From: Auanema rhodensis
Taxonomy: Eukaryota > Animalia > Nematoda
DNA: 64,000 nt
Assembly (NCBI GenBank): GCA_964057225.1
Contig: OZ059899.1
Location: 10,044,001 to 10,108,000, forward strand
Direction of reading: 5' to 3'
The position numbers were made by a program, and so were the translations under genes. This document shows, in pieces, positions 42,723 to 56,157 of this stretch. Each line of letters begins with the position of its first letter. Position 1 is the stretch's first letter. The notes below the pieces were generated by a model that saw only the letters and a program-made list of their open reading frames with translations, had not been told where the DNA came from and did no database searches.

Positions 42723-43913
42723 TAAATTTTTTTTATTTCACTTGTCATTTATAAAAATCGAATTTATCTTCTTCAACAATTATTTTTGCAATGTGTCATA
42801 AGAATTTCATAGTTGAACAAAACGTTTTTTAAGAAGTTTTTTTGTTGTCAATATATATATTTTCCTGGAATTCGAAAGCATTTGGGATGGAAATTAGAAA
42901 GAAAAGAACTAGTTTTTCCTACTTTAAAACAAACAATAAGAAATAAAATGAAAAAGATTGTTAGATATCCAATTTAAACTTATACATTTACTTCGATAAA
43001 GAGCCTATTAGTTTGAAATTTTATGTCTTACAGTTCTCCAACAGAACAGACTGATCCTGATTTTTCTACGATTACATAAAACTCTCGTTTGATATAAAAG
43101 CATATTGGATAGAAATTTCGAAAGCATTTTGGAATGGAAATTAGAAAGAAAAGAACTAGTTTCTCCTATTTTAAAACAAACAATAAGAAATAAAATGAAG
43201 AAGATTGTTAGATATCCAATTTGAACTTATACATTTACTTTGATAAAAAGCCTATTAGATTGGAATTTTCTGTCTTACAGTACTCCAACAGAACAGACTG
43301 ATCCTGATTTCTCTACGATTACATTAGCCTCTCGTTTGATATAAAAAAAGAAGAGGGATAACGTTTCCAGGATATCAATGATATCGAATCTAGTGATATT
43401 GTAGAAAAATGTAATGTCAGCTCCATAGTTTTTCTCTTAATTTCTCTCATCACAATAGTCTTAGTTTTTTTTCATAAGAGTTTCTGAAATCTTAGTTGAA
43501 CAAGGCAGTATATATTTTTTTCTGGAATTCGAAAGCATTTGGGATGAAAATTAGAAAGAAAAGAACTAGTTTTTCCTACTTTAAAACAAACAATAAGAAA
43601 TAAAATGAAAAAGATTGTTAGATATCCAATTTAAACTTATACATTTACTTCGATAAAGAGCCTATCAGTTTGAAATTTTATGTCTTGCAGTTCTCCAACA
43701 GAACAGACTGATCCTGATTTCTCTATGATTACATAAAACTCTCGTTTGATATACAAAAAGGAGAGGAATAACGTTTCCAGGATATCAATGATATCGAATC
43801 TAGTGATATTGTAGAAAAATGTAATGTCAGCTCCATAGTTTTTCTCTTAATTTCTCTCATCACAATAGTCTTAGTTTTTTATCATAAGAGTTTCTGTAAT
43901 CTTAGTTGAACAA

Positions 43914-43986
43914 GGCCGCGTGGCGCAATGGATAACGCGTCTGCCTACGGAGCAGAAGATTGTAGGTTCGAATCCTGCCGTGGTCG
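43914..43986 (+). tRNA. tRNA-Arg(ACG)
   Basis: Identical to consensus copy. Confidence 0.96.
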
Positions 43987-45177
43987 TAAATTTTTTTTAT
44001 TTCACTTGTCATTTATAAAAATCGAATTTATCTTCTTCAACAATTATTTTTGCAATGTGTCATAAGAATTTCATAGTTGAACAAAACGTTTTTTAAGAAG
44101 TTTTTTTGTTGTCAATATATATATTTTCCTGGAATTCGAAAGCATTTGGGATGGAAATTAGAAAGAAAAGAACTAGTTTTTCCTACTTTAAAACAAACAA
44201 TAAGAAATAAAATGAAAAAGATTGTTAGATATCCAATTTAAACTTATACATTTACTTCGATAAAGAGCCTATTAGTTTGAAATTTTATGTCTTACAGTTC
44301 TCCAACAGAACAGACTGATCCTGATTTTTCTACGATTACATAAAACTCTCGTTTGATATAAAAGCATATTGGATAGAAATTTCGAAAGCATTTTGGAATG
44401 GAAATTAGAAAGAAAAGAACTAGTTTCTCCTATTTTAAAACAAACAATAAGAAATAAAATGAAGAAGATTGTTAGATATCCAATTTGAACTTATACATTT
44501 ACTTTGATAAAAAGCCTATTAGATTGGAATTTTCTGTCTTACAGTACTCCAACAGAACAGACTGATCCTGATTTCTCTACGATTACATTAGCCTCTCGTT
44601 TGATATAAAAAAAGAAGAGGGATAACGTTTCCAGGATATCAATGATATCGAATCTAGTGATATTGTAGAAAAATGTAATGTCAGCTCCATAGTTTTTCTC
44701 TTAATTTCTCTCATCACAATAGTCTTAGTTTTTTTTCATAAGAGTTTCTGAAATCTTAGTTGAACAAGGCAGTATATATTTTTTTATGGAATTCGAAAGC
44801 ATTTGGGATGAAAATTACAAAGAAAAGAACTAGTTTTTCCTACTTTAAAACAAACAATAAGAAATAAAATGAAAAAGATTGTCAGATATCCAATTTAAAC
44901 TTATACATTTACTTCCATAAAGAGCCTATCAATTTGAAATTTTATGTCTTACAGTTCTCCAACAGAACAGACTGATCCTGATTTCTCTATGATTACATAA
45001 AACTCTCGTTTGATATACAAAAAGGAGAGGAATAACGTTTCCAGGATATCAATGATATCGAATCTAGTGATATTGTAGAAAAATGTAATGTCAGCTCCAT
45101 AGTTTTTCTCTTAATTTCTCTCATCACAATAGTCTTAGTTTTTTTTCATAAGAGTTTCTGAAATCTTAGTTGAACAA

Positions 45178-45251
45178 GGCCGCGTGGCGCAATGGATAAC
45201 GCGTCTGCCTACGGATCAGAAGATTGTAGGTTCTGAATCCTGCCGTGGTCG
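45178..45251 (+). pseudogene. tRNA-Arg(ACG) pseudogene (G39T plus 1-nt T-loop insertion)
   Basis: Same two lesions as the copy at 37400, 7778 bp away. Confidence 0.85.
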
Positions 45252-46440
45252 TGAATTTTTTTCTTTTCACTTGTCATTTATAAAAATCGAATTTATCTTC
45301 TTCAACGATTATTTTTGCAATGTGTCATAAGAATTTCATAGTTGAACAAAACGTTTTTAAGAAGTTTTTTTGTTGTCAATATATATATTTTCCTGGAATT
45401 CGAAAGCATTTGGGATGGAAATTAGAAAGAAAAGAACTAGTTTTTCCTACTTTAAAACAAACAATAAGAAATAAAATGAAAAAGATTGTTAGATATCCAA
45501 TTTAAACTTATACATTTACTTCGATAAAGAGCCTATTAGTTTGAAATTTGATGTCTTACAGTTCTCCAACAGAACAGACTGATCCTGATTTTTCTACGAT
45601 TACATGAAACTCTCGTTTGATATAAAAGCATATTGGATAGAAATTTCGAAAGCATTTGGGATGGAAATTAGAAAGAAAAGAACTAGTTTTTCCTACTTTA
45701 AAACAAACAAAAAGAAATAAAATAAAAAAGATTGTTAGATATCCAATTTAAACTTATACATTTACTTTGATAAAGAGCCTATTAGATTGAAATTTTATGT
45801 CTTACAGTTCTCCAACAGAACAGACTGATCCTGATTTCTCTATGATTACATAAAACTCTCGTTTGATATAAAAAAAGGAGAGGAATAACGTTTCCAGGAT
45901 GTCAATGATATCGAATCTAGTGATATTGTAGAAAAATGTAATGTCAGCTCCATAGTTTTTCTCTTAATTTCTCTCATCACAATAGTCTTAGTTTTTTTTC
46001 ATAAGAGTTTCTGAAATCTTAGTTGAACAAGGCAGTATATATTTTTTTCTGGAATTCGAAAGCATTTGGGATGAAAATTAGAAAGAAAAGAACTAGTTTT
46101 TCCTACTTTAAAACAAACAATAAGAAATAAAATGAAAAAGATTGTTAGATATCCAATTTAAACTTATACATTTACTTCGATAAAGAGCCTATCAGTTTGA
46201 AATTTTATGTCTTACAGTTCTCCAACAGAACAGACTGATCCTGATTTCTGTATGATTACATAAAACTCTCGTTTGATATACAAAAAGGAGAGGAATAACG
46301 TTTCCAGGATATCAATGATATCGAATCTAGTGATATTGTAGAAAAATGTAATGTCAGCTCCATAGTTTTTCTCTTAATTTCTCTCATCACAATAGTCTTA
46401 GTTTTTTTTCATGAGAGTTTCTGAAATCTTAGTTGAACAA

Positions 46441-46513
46441 GGCCGCGTGGCGCAATGGATAACGCGTCTGCCTACGGAGCAGAAGATTGTAGGTTCGAAT
46501 CCTGCCGTGGTCG
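46441..46513 (+). tRNA. tRNA-Arg(ACG)
   Basis: Identical to consensus copy. Confidence 0.96.
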
Positions 46514-47046
46514 TAAATTTTTTTCATTTCACTTGTCATTTATAAAAATCGAATTTATCTTCTTCAACGATTATTTTTGCAATGTGTCATAAGAATTTCA
46601 TAGTTGAACAAAACGTTTTTTAAGAAGTTTTTTTGTTGTCAATATATATATTTTCCTGGAATTCGAAAGCATTTGGGATGGAAATTAGAAAGAAACAAAC
46701 TAGTTTTTCCTACTTTAAAACAAACAATGAGAAACAAAATGAAAAGATTGTTAGATATCCAATTTTAACTTATACATTTACTTCGATGAAGAGCCTATTA
46801 GATTGAAATTTTATGTCTTACAGTTCTCCAACAGAACAGACTGATCCTGATTTCTCTATGATTACATAAAACTCTCGTTTGATATACAAAAAGGAGAGGA
46901 ATAACGTTTCCAGGATATCAATGATATCGAATCTAGTGATATTGTAGAAAAATGTAATGTCAGCTCCATAGTTTTTCTCTTAATTTCTCTCATCACAATA
47001 GTCTTAGTTTTTTTTCATAAGAGTTTCTGAAATCTCAGTTGAACAA

Positions 47047-47119
47047 GGCCGCGTGGCGCAATGGATAATGCGTCTGCCAACGGAGCAGAAGATTGTAGGT
47101 TCGAATCCTGCCGTGGTCG
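47047..47119 (+). pseudogene. tRNA-Arg(ACG) variant C23T+T33A
   Basis: GGATAATGCGTCTGCCAACGGA. Confidence 0.7.
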
Positions 47120-47898
47120 TAAATTTTTTTTATTTCACTTGTCATTTATAAAAATCGAATTTATCTTCTTCAACGATTATTTTTGCAATGTGTCATAAGA
47201 ATTTCATAGTTGAACAAAACGTTTTTTAAGAAGTTTTTTTGTTGTCAACATATATATTTTCCTGGAATTCGAAAGCATTTGGGATGGAAATTAGAAAGAA
47301 AAGAACTAGTTTTTCCTACTTTAAAACAAACAATAAGAAATAAAATGAAAAAGGTTGTTAGATATCCAATTTAAACTTATACATTTACTTTGATAAAGAG
47401 CCTATTAGATTGAAATTTTATGTCTTACAGTTCTCCAACAGAACAGACTGATCCTGATTTTTCTACGATTACATAAAACTCTCGTTTGATATGAAAGCAT
47501 ATTGGATAGAATTTTCGAAAGCATTTTAGATGGAAATTAGAACGAAAAGAACTAGTTTTTTCTATTTTAAAACAAACAATAATAAACAAAATGAAAAGAT
47601 TGTTAGATATCCAATTTTAACTTATACATTTAATTCGATGAAGAGCCTATTAGATTGAATTTTTATGTCTTACAGTTCTCCAACAGAACAGACTGATCCT
47701 GATTTTTCTACGATTACATAAAACTCTCATTTGATATACAAAAAGGAGAGGAATAACGTTTCCAGGATATCAATGATATCGAATCTAGTGATATTGTAGA
47801 AAAATGTAATGTCAGCTCCATAGTTTTTCTCTTAATTTCTCTCATCACAATAGTCTTAGTTTTTTTTCATAAGAGTTTCTGAAATCTTAGTTGAACAA

Positions 47899-47971
47899 GG
47901 CCGCGTGGCGCAATGGATAACGCGTCTGCCTACGGAGCAGAAGATTGTAGGTTCGAATCCTGCCGTGGTCG
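47899..47971 (+). tRNA. tRNA-Arg(ACG)
   Basis: Identical to consensus copy. Confidence 0.96.
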
Positions 47972-49162
47972 TAAATTTTTTTCATTTCACTTGTCATTTA
48001 TAAAAATCGAATTTATCTTCTTCAACGATTATTTTTGCAATGTGTCATAAGAATTTCATAGTTGAACAAAACGTTTTTTAAGAAGTTTTTTTGTTGTCAA
48101 TATATATATTTTCCTGGAATTCGAAAGCATTTGGGATGGAAATTAGAAAGAAAAGAACTAGTTTTTCCTACTTTAAAACAAACAATAAGAAATAATATAA
48201 AAAAGATTGTTAGATATCCAATTTAAACTTATACATTTATTTCGATAAAGAGCCTATTAGTTTGAAATTTTATGTCTTACAGTTCTCCAACAGAACAGAC
48301 TGATCCTGATTTTTCTACGATTACATAAAACTCTCGTTTGATATAAAAGCATATTGGATAGAAATTTCGAAAGCATTTGGGATGGGAATTAGAAAGAAAA
48401 GAACTAGTTTTTCCTACTTTAAAACAAACAAAAAGAAATAAAACAAAAAAAGATTGTTAGATATCCAATTTAAACTTATACATTTACTTTGATAAAGAGC
48501 CTATTAGATTGAAATTTTATGTCTTACAGTTCTCCAACAGAACAGACTGATCCTGATTTCTCTATGATTACATAAAACTCTCGTTTGATATAAAAAAAGG
48601 AGAGGAATAACGTTTCCAGGATGTCAATGATATCGAATCTAGTGATATTGTAGAAAAATGTAATGTCAGCTCCATAGTTTTTCTCTTAATTTCTCTCATC
48701 ACAATAGTCTTAGTTTTTTTTCATAAGAGTTTCTGAAATCTTAGTTGAACAAGGCAGTATATATTTTTTTCTGGAATTCGAAAGCATTTGGGATGAAAAT
48801 TAGAAAGAAAAGAACTAGTTTTTCCTACTTTAAAACAAACAATAAGAAATAAAATGAAAAAGATTGTTAGATATCCAATTTAAACTTATACATTTACTTC
48901 GATAAAGAGCCTATCAGTTTGAAATTTTATGTCTTGCAGTTCTCCAACAGAACAGACTGATCCTGATTTCTCTATGATTACATAAAACTCTCGTTTGATA
49001 TACAAAAAGGAGAGGAATAACGTTTCCAGGATATCAATGATATCGAATCTAGTGATATTGTAGAAAAATGTAATGTCAGCTCCATAGTTTTTCTCTTAAT
49101 TTCTCTCATCACAATAGTCTTAGTTTTTTTTCATAAGAGTTTCTGTAATCTTAGTTGAACAA

Positions 49163-49235
49163 GGCCGCGTGGCGCAATGGATAACGCGTCTGCCTACGGA
49201 GCAGAAGATTGTAGGTTCGAATCCTGCCGTGGTCG
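49163..49235 (+). tRNA. tRNA-Arg(ACG)
   Basis: Identical to consensus copy. Confidence 0.96.
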
Positions 49236-50428
49236 TAAATTTTTTTTATTTCACTTGTCATTTATAAAAATCGAATTTATCTTCTTCAACAATTATTTTT
49301 GCAATGTGTCATAAGAATTTCATAGTTGAACAAAACGTTTTTTAAGAAGTTTTTTTGTTGTCAATATATATATTTTCCTGGAATTCGAAAGCATTTGGGA
49401 TGGAAATTAGAAAGAAAAGAACTAGTTTTTCCTACTTTAAAACAAACAATAAGAAATAAAATGAAAAAGATTGTTAGATATCCAATTTAAACTTATACAT
49501 TTACTTCGATAAAGAGCCTATTAGTTTGAAATTTTATGTCTTACAGTTCTCCAACAGAACAGACTGATCCTGATTTTTCTACGATTACATAAAACTCTCG
49601 TTTGATATAAAAGCATATTGGATAGAAATTTCGAAAGCATTTTGGAATGGAAATTAGAAAGAAAAGAACTAGTTTCTCCTATTTTAAAACAAACAATAAG
49701 AAATAAAATGAAGAAGATTGTTAGATATCCAATTTGAACTTATACATTTACTTTGATAAAAAGCCTATTAGATTGGAATTTTCTGTCTTACAGTACTCCA
49801 ACAGAACAGACTGATCCTGATTTCTCTACGATTACATTAGCCTCTCGTTTGATATAAAAAAAGAAGAGGGATAACGTTTCCAGGATATCAATGATATCGA
49901 ATCTAGTGATATTGTAGAAAAATGTAATGTCAGCTCCATAGTTTTTCTCTTAATTTCTCTCATCACAATAGTCTTAGTTTTTTTTCATAAGAGTTTCCGA
50001 AATCTTAGTTGAACAAAGCAGTATATATTTCTTTCTGGAATTCGAAAGCATTTGGGATGAAAATTAGAAAGAAAAGAACTAGTTTTTCCTACTTTAAAAC
50101 AAAAATTAAGAAATAAAATAAAAAAGATTGTTAGATATCCAATTTAAACTTATACATTTACTTCGATAAAGAGCCTATTAGTTTGAAATTTTATGTCTTA
50201 CAGTTCTCCAACAGAACAGACTGATCCTGATTTCTCTATGATTACATAAAACTCTCGTTTGATATAAAAAAAGGAGAGGAATAACGTTTCCAGGATATCA
50301 ATGATATCCAATTTAGTGATATTGTAAAAAAATGTAATGTCAGCTCCATAGGTTTTCTCTTAATTTCTCTCATCACAATTGTCTTAGTTTTTTTTCTCAT
50401 AAGAGTTTCTGAAATCTTAGTTGAACAA

Positions 50429-50501
50429 GGCCGCGTGGCGCAATGGATAACGCGTCTGCCTACGGAGCAGAAGATTGTAGGTTCGAATCCTGCCGTGGTC
50501 G
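50429..50501 (+). tRNA. tRNA-Arg(ACG)
   Basis: Identical to consensus copy. Confidence 0.96.
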
Positions 50502-52096
50502 TAAATTTTTTTCATTTCACTTGTCATTTATAAAAATCGAATTTATCTTCTTCAACGATTATTTTTGCAATGTGTCATAAGAATTTCATAGTTGAACAAA
50601 ACGTTTTTTAAGAAGTTTTTTTGTTGTCAACATATATATTTTCCTGGAATTCGAAAGCATTTGGGATGGAAATTAGAAAGAAAAGAACTAGTTTTTCCTA
50701 TTTTAAAACAAACAATAAGAAATAAAATGAAAAAGATTGTTAGATATCCAATTTAAACTTATACATTTACTTTGATAAAGAGCCTATTAGATTGAAATTT
50801 TATGTCTTACAGTTCTCCAACAGAACAGACTGATCCTGATTTTTCTACGATTACATAAAACTCTCGTTTGATATAAAAGCATATTGGATAGAAATTTCGA
50901 AAGCATTTTGGATGGAAATTAGAACGAAAAGAACTAGTTTTTTCTATTTTAAAACAAACAATAATAAACAGAATGAAAAGATTGTTAGATATCCAATTTT
51001 AACTCATACATTTACTTCGATGAAGAGCCTATTAGATTGAATTTTTATGTCTTACAGTTCTCCAACAGAACAGACTGATCCTGATTTTTCTACGATTACA
51101 TAAAACTCTCGTTTGATATACAAAAAGGAGAGGAATAACGTTTCCAGGATATCAATGATATCGAATCTAGTGATATTGTAGAAAAATGTAATGTCAGCTC
51201 CATAGTTTTTCTCTTAATTTCTCTCATCACAATAGTCTTAGTTTTTTTTCATAAGAGTTTCTGAAATCTTAGTTGAACAAGGCCGTATATATTTTCCTAG
51301 AATTCGAAAGCATTTGGAATAGAAATTAGAAAGAAAAGAACTAGTTTCTTCTATTTTAAAACAAACAATAAGAAATAAAATGAAGAAGATTGTTAGATAT
51401 CCAATTTGAACTTATACATTTACTTTGATAAAAAGCCTATTAGATTGGAATTTTCTGTCTTACAGTACTCCAACAGAACAGACTGATCCTGATTTCTCTA
51501 CGATTACATTAGCCTCTCGTTTGATATAAAAAAAGAAGAGGGATAACGTTTCCAGGATATCAATGATATCGAATCTAGTGATATTGTAGAAAAATGTAAT
51601 GTCAGCTCCATAGTTTTTCTCTTAATTTCTCTCATCACAATAGTCTTAGTTTTTTTTCATAAGAGTTTCTGAAATCTCAGTTGAACAAGGCCGTATATAT
51701 TTTCCTAGAATTCGAAAGCATTTGGAATGGAAATTAGAAAGAAAAGAACTAGTTTCTCCTATTTTAAAACAAACAATAAGAAATAAAATGAAGAAGATTG
51801 TTAGATATCCAATTTGAACTTATACATTTACTTTGATAAAAAGCCTATTAGATTGGAATTTTCTGTCTTACAGTACTCCAACAGAACAGACTGATCCTGA
51901 TTTCTCTACGATTACATTAGCCTCTCGTTTGATATAAAAAAAGAAGAGGGATAACGTTTCCAGGATATCAATGATATCGAATCTAGTGATATTGTAAAAA
52001 AATGTAATGTCAGCTCCATAGTTTTTCTCTTAATTTCTCTCATCACAATAGTCTTAGTTTTTTTTCATAAGAGTTTCTGAAATCTTAGTTGAACAA

Positions 52097-52169
52097 GGCC
52101 GCGTGGCGCAATGGATAACGCGTCTGCCTACGGAGCAGAAGATTGTAGGTTCGAATCCTGCCGTGGTCG
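52097..52169 (+). tRNA. tRNA-Arg(ACG)
   Basis: Identical to consensus copy. Confidence 0.96.
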
Positions 52170-52702
52170 TAAATTTTTTTTATTTCACTTGTCATTTATA
52201 AAAATCGAATTTATCTTCTTCAACAATTATTTTTGCAATGTGTCATAAGAATTTCATAGTTGAACAAAACGTTTTTTAAGAAGTTTTTTTGTTGTCAACA
52301 TATATATTTTCCTGGAATTCGAAAGCATTTGGGATGGAAATTAGAACGAAAAGAACTAGTTTTTTCTATTTTAAAACAAACAATAATAAACAGAATGAAA
52401 AGATTGTTAGATATCCAATTTTAACTTATACATTTACTTCGATGAAGAGCCTATTAGATTGAATTTTTATGTCTTACAGTTCTCCAACAGAACAGACTGA
52501 TTCTGATTTTTCTATGATTACATAAAACTCTCGTTTGATATACAAAAAGGAGAGGAATAACGTTTCCAGGATATCAATGATATCGAATCTAGTGATACTG
52601 TAGAAAAATATAATGTCAGCTCCATAGTTTTTCTCTTAATTTCTCTCATCACAATAGTCTTAGTTTTTTTTCATAAGAGTTTCTGAAATCTTAGTTGAAC
52701 AA

Positions 52703-52775
52703 GGCCGCGTGGCGCAATGGATAACGCGTCTGCCTACGGAGCAGAAGATTGTAGGTTCGAATCCTGCCGTGGTCG
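52703..52775 (+). tRNA. tRNA-Arg(ACG)
   Basis: Identical to consensus copy. Confidence 0.96.
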
Positions 52776-53554
52776 TAAATTTTTTTCATTTCACTTGTCA
52801 TTTATAAAAATCGAATTTATCTTCTTCAACGATTATTTTTGCAATGTGTCATAAGAATTTCATAGTTGAACAAAACGTTTTTTAAGAAGTTTTTTTGTTG
52901 TCAATATATATATTTTCCTGGAATTCGAAAGCATTTGGGATGGAAATTAGAAAGAAAAGAACTAGTTTTTCCTACTTTAAAACAAACAATAAGAAATAAA
53001 ATGAAAAAGATTGTTAGATATCCAATTTAAACTTGTACATTTACTTCGATAAAGAGCCTATTAGTTTGAAATTTTATATCTTACAGTTCTCCAACAGAAC
53101 AGACTGATCCTGATTTTTCTACGATTACATAAAACTCTCGTTTGATATAAAAGCATATTGGATAGAAATTTCGAAAGCATTTTGGATGGAAATTAGAACG
53201 AAAAGAACTAGTTTTTTCTATTTTAAAACAAACAATAATAAACAGAATGAAAAGAATGTTAGATATCCAATTTTAACTTATACATTTACTTCGATGAAGA
53301 GCCTATTAGATTGAATTTTTATGTCTTACAGTTCTCCAACAGAACAGACTGATTCTGATTTTTCTATGATTACATAAAACTCTCGTTTGATATACAAAAA
53401 GGAGAGGAATAACGTTTCCAGGATATCAATGATATCGAATCTAGTGATACTGTAGAAAAATATAATGTCAGCTCCATAGTTTTTCTCTTAATTTCTCTCA
53501 TCACAATAGTCTTAGTTTTTTTTCATAAGAGTTTCTGAAATCTTAGTTGAACAA

Positions 53555-53627
53555 GGCCGCGTGGCGCAATGGATAACGCGTCTGCCTACGGAGCAGAAGA
53601 TTGTAGGTTCGAATCCTGCCGTGGTCG
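53555..53627 (+). tRNA. tRNA-Arg(ACG)
   Basis: Identical to consensus copy. Confidence 0.96.
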
Positions 53628-54818
53628 TAAATTTTTTTCATTTCACTTGTCATTTATAAAAATCGAATTTATCTTCTTCAACGATTATTTTTGCAATGTG
53701 TCATAAGAATTTCATAGTTGAACAAAACGTTTTTTAAGAAGTTTTTTTGTTGTCAATATATATATTTTCCTGGAATTCGAAAGCATTTGGGATGGAAATT
53801 AGAAAGAAAAGAACTAGTTTTTCCTACTTTAAAACAAACAATAAGAAATAATATAAAAAAGATTGTTAGATATCCAATTTAAACTTATACATTTATTTCG
53901 ATAAAGAGCCTATTAGTTTGAAATTTTATGTCTTACAGTTCTCCAACAGAACAGACTGATCCTGATTTTTCTACGATTACATAAAACTCTCGTTTGATAT
54001 AAAAGCATATTGGATAGAAATTTCGAAAGCATTTGGGATGGGAATTAGAAAGAAAAGAACTAGTTTTTCCTACTTTAAAACAAACAAAAAGAAATAAAAC
54101 AAAAAAAGATTGTTAGATATCCAATTTAAACTTATACATTTACTTTGATAAAGAGCCTATTAGATTGAAATTTTATGTCTTACAGTTCTCCAACAGAACA
54201 GACTGATCCTGATTTCTCTATGATTACATAAAACTCTCGTTTGATATAAAAAAAGGAGAGGAATAACGTTTCCAGGATGTCAATGATATCGAATCTAGTG
54301 ATATTGTAGAAAAATGTAATGTCAGCTCCATAGTTTTTCTCTTAATTTCTCTCATCACAATAGTCTTAGTTTTTTTTCATAAGAGTTTCTGAAATCTTAG
54401 TTGAACAAGGCAGTATATATTTTTTTCTGGAATTCGAAAGCATTTGGGATGAAAATTAGAAAGAAAAGAACTAGTTTTTCCTACTTTAAAACAAACAATA
54501 AGAAATAAAATGAAAAAGATTGTTAGATATCCAATTTAAACTTATACATTTACTTCGATAAAGAGCCTATCAGTTTGAAATTTTATGTCTTGCAGTTCTC
54601 CAACAGAACAGACTGATCCTGATTTCTCTATGATTACATAAAACTCTCGTTTGATATACAAAAAGGAGAGGAATAACGTTTCCAGGATATCAATGATATC
54701 GAATCTAGTGATATTGTAGAAAAATGTAATGTCAGCTCCATAGTTTTTCTCTTAATTTCTCTCATCACAATAGTCTTAGTTTTTTTTCATAAGAGTTTCT
54801 GTAATCTTAGTTGAACAA

Positions 54819-54891
54819 GGCCGCGTGGCGCAATGGATAACGCGTCTGCCTACGGAGCAGAAGATTGTAGGTTCGAATCCTGCCGTGGTCG
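54819..54891 (+). tRNA. tRNA-Arg(ACG)
   Basis: Identical to consensus copy. Confidence 0.96.
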
Positions 54892-56084
54892 TAAATTTTT
54901 TTTATTTCACTTGTCATTTATAAAAATCGAATTTATCTTCTTCAACAATTATTTTTGCAATGTGTCATAAGAATTTCATAGTTGAACAAAACGTTTTTTA
55001 AGAAGTTTTTTTGTTGTCAATATATATATTTTCCTGGAATTCGAAAGCATTTGGGATGGAAATTAGAAAGAAAAGAACTAGTTTTTCCTACTTTAAAACA
55101 AACAATAAGAAATAAAATGAAAAAGATTGTTAGATATCCAATTTAAACTTATACATTTACTTCGATAAAGAGCCTATTAGTTTGAAATTTTATGTCTTAC
55201 AGTTCTCCAACAGAACAGACTGATCCTGATTTTTCTACGATTACATAAAACTCTCGTTTGATATAAAAGCATATTGGATAGAAATTTCGAAAGCATTTTG
55301 GAATGGAAATTAGAAAGAAAAGAACTAGTTTCTCCTATTTTAAAACAAACAATAAGAAATAAAATGAAGAAGATTGTTAGATATCCAATTTGAACTTATA
55401 CATTTACTTTGATAAAAAGCCTATTAGATTGGAATTTTCTGTCTTACAGTACTCCAACAGAACAGACTGATCCTGATTTCTCTACGATTACATTAGCCTC
55501 TCGTTTGATATAAAAAAAGAAGAGGGATAACGTTTCCAGGATATCAATGATATCGAATCTAGTGATATTGTAGAAAAATGTAATGTCAGCTCCATAGTTT
55601 TTCTCTTAATTTCTCTCATCACAATAGTCTTAGTTTTTTTTCATAAGAGTTTCCGAAATCTTAGTTGAACAAAGCAGTATATATTTCTTTCTGGAATTCG
55701 AAAGCATTTGGGATGAAAATTAGAAAGAAAAGAACTAGTTTTTCCTACTTTAAAACAAAAATTAAGAAATAAAATAAAAAAGATTGTTAGATATCCAATT
55801 TAAACTTATACATTTACTTCGATAAAGAGCCTATTAGTTTGAAATTTTATGTCTTACAGTTCTCCAACAGAACAGACTGATCCTGATTTCTCTATGATTA
55901 CATAAAACTCTCGTTTGATATAAAAAAAGGAGAGGAATAACGTTTCCAGGATATCAATGATATCCAATTTAGTGATATTGTAAAAAAATGTAATGTCAGC
56001 TCCATAGGTTTTCTCTTAATTTCTCTCATCACAATTGTCTTAGTTTTTTTTCTCATAAGAGTTTCTGAAATCTTAGTTGAACAA

Positions 56085-56157
56085 GGCCGCGTGGCGCAAT
56101 GGATAACGCGTCTGCCTACGGAGCAGAAGATTGTAGGTTCGAATCCTGCCGTGGTCG
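56085..56157 (+). tRNA. tRNA-Arg(ACG)
   Basis: Identical to consensus copy. Confidence 0.96.

Noticed and set aside
31200-45505. 61-aa plus-strand ORF downstream of the tRNA (four copies)
   Set aside because: Open only in the lineage with a 1-bp poly-T deletion; useful as a lineage marker, not a gene.
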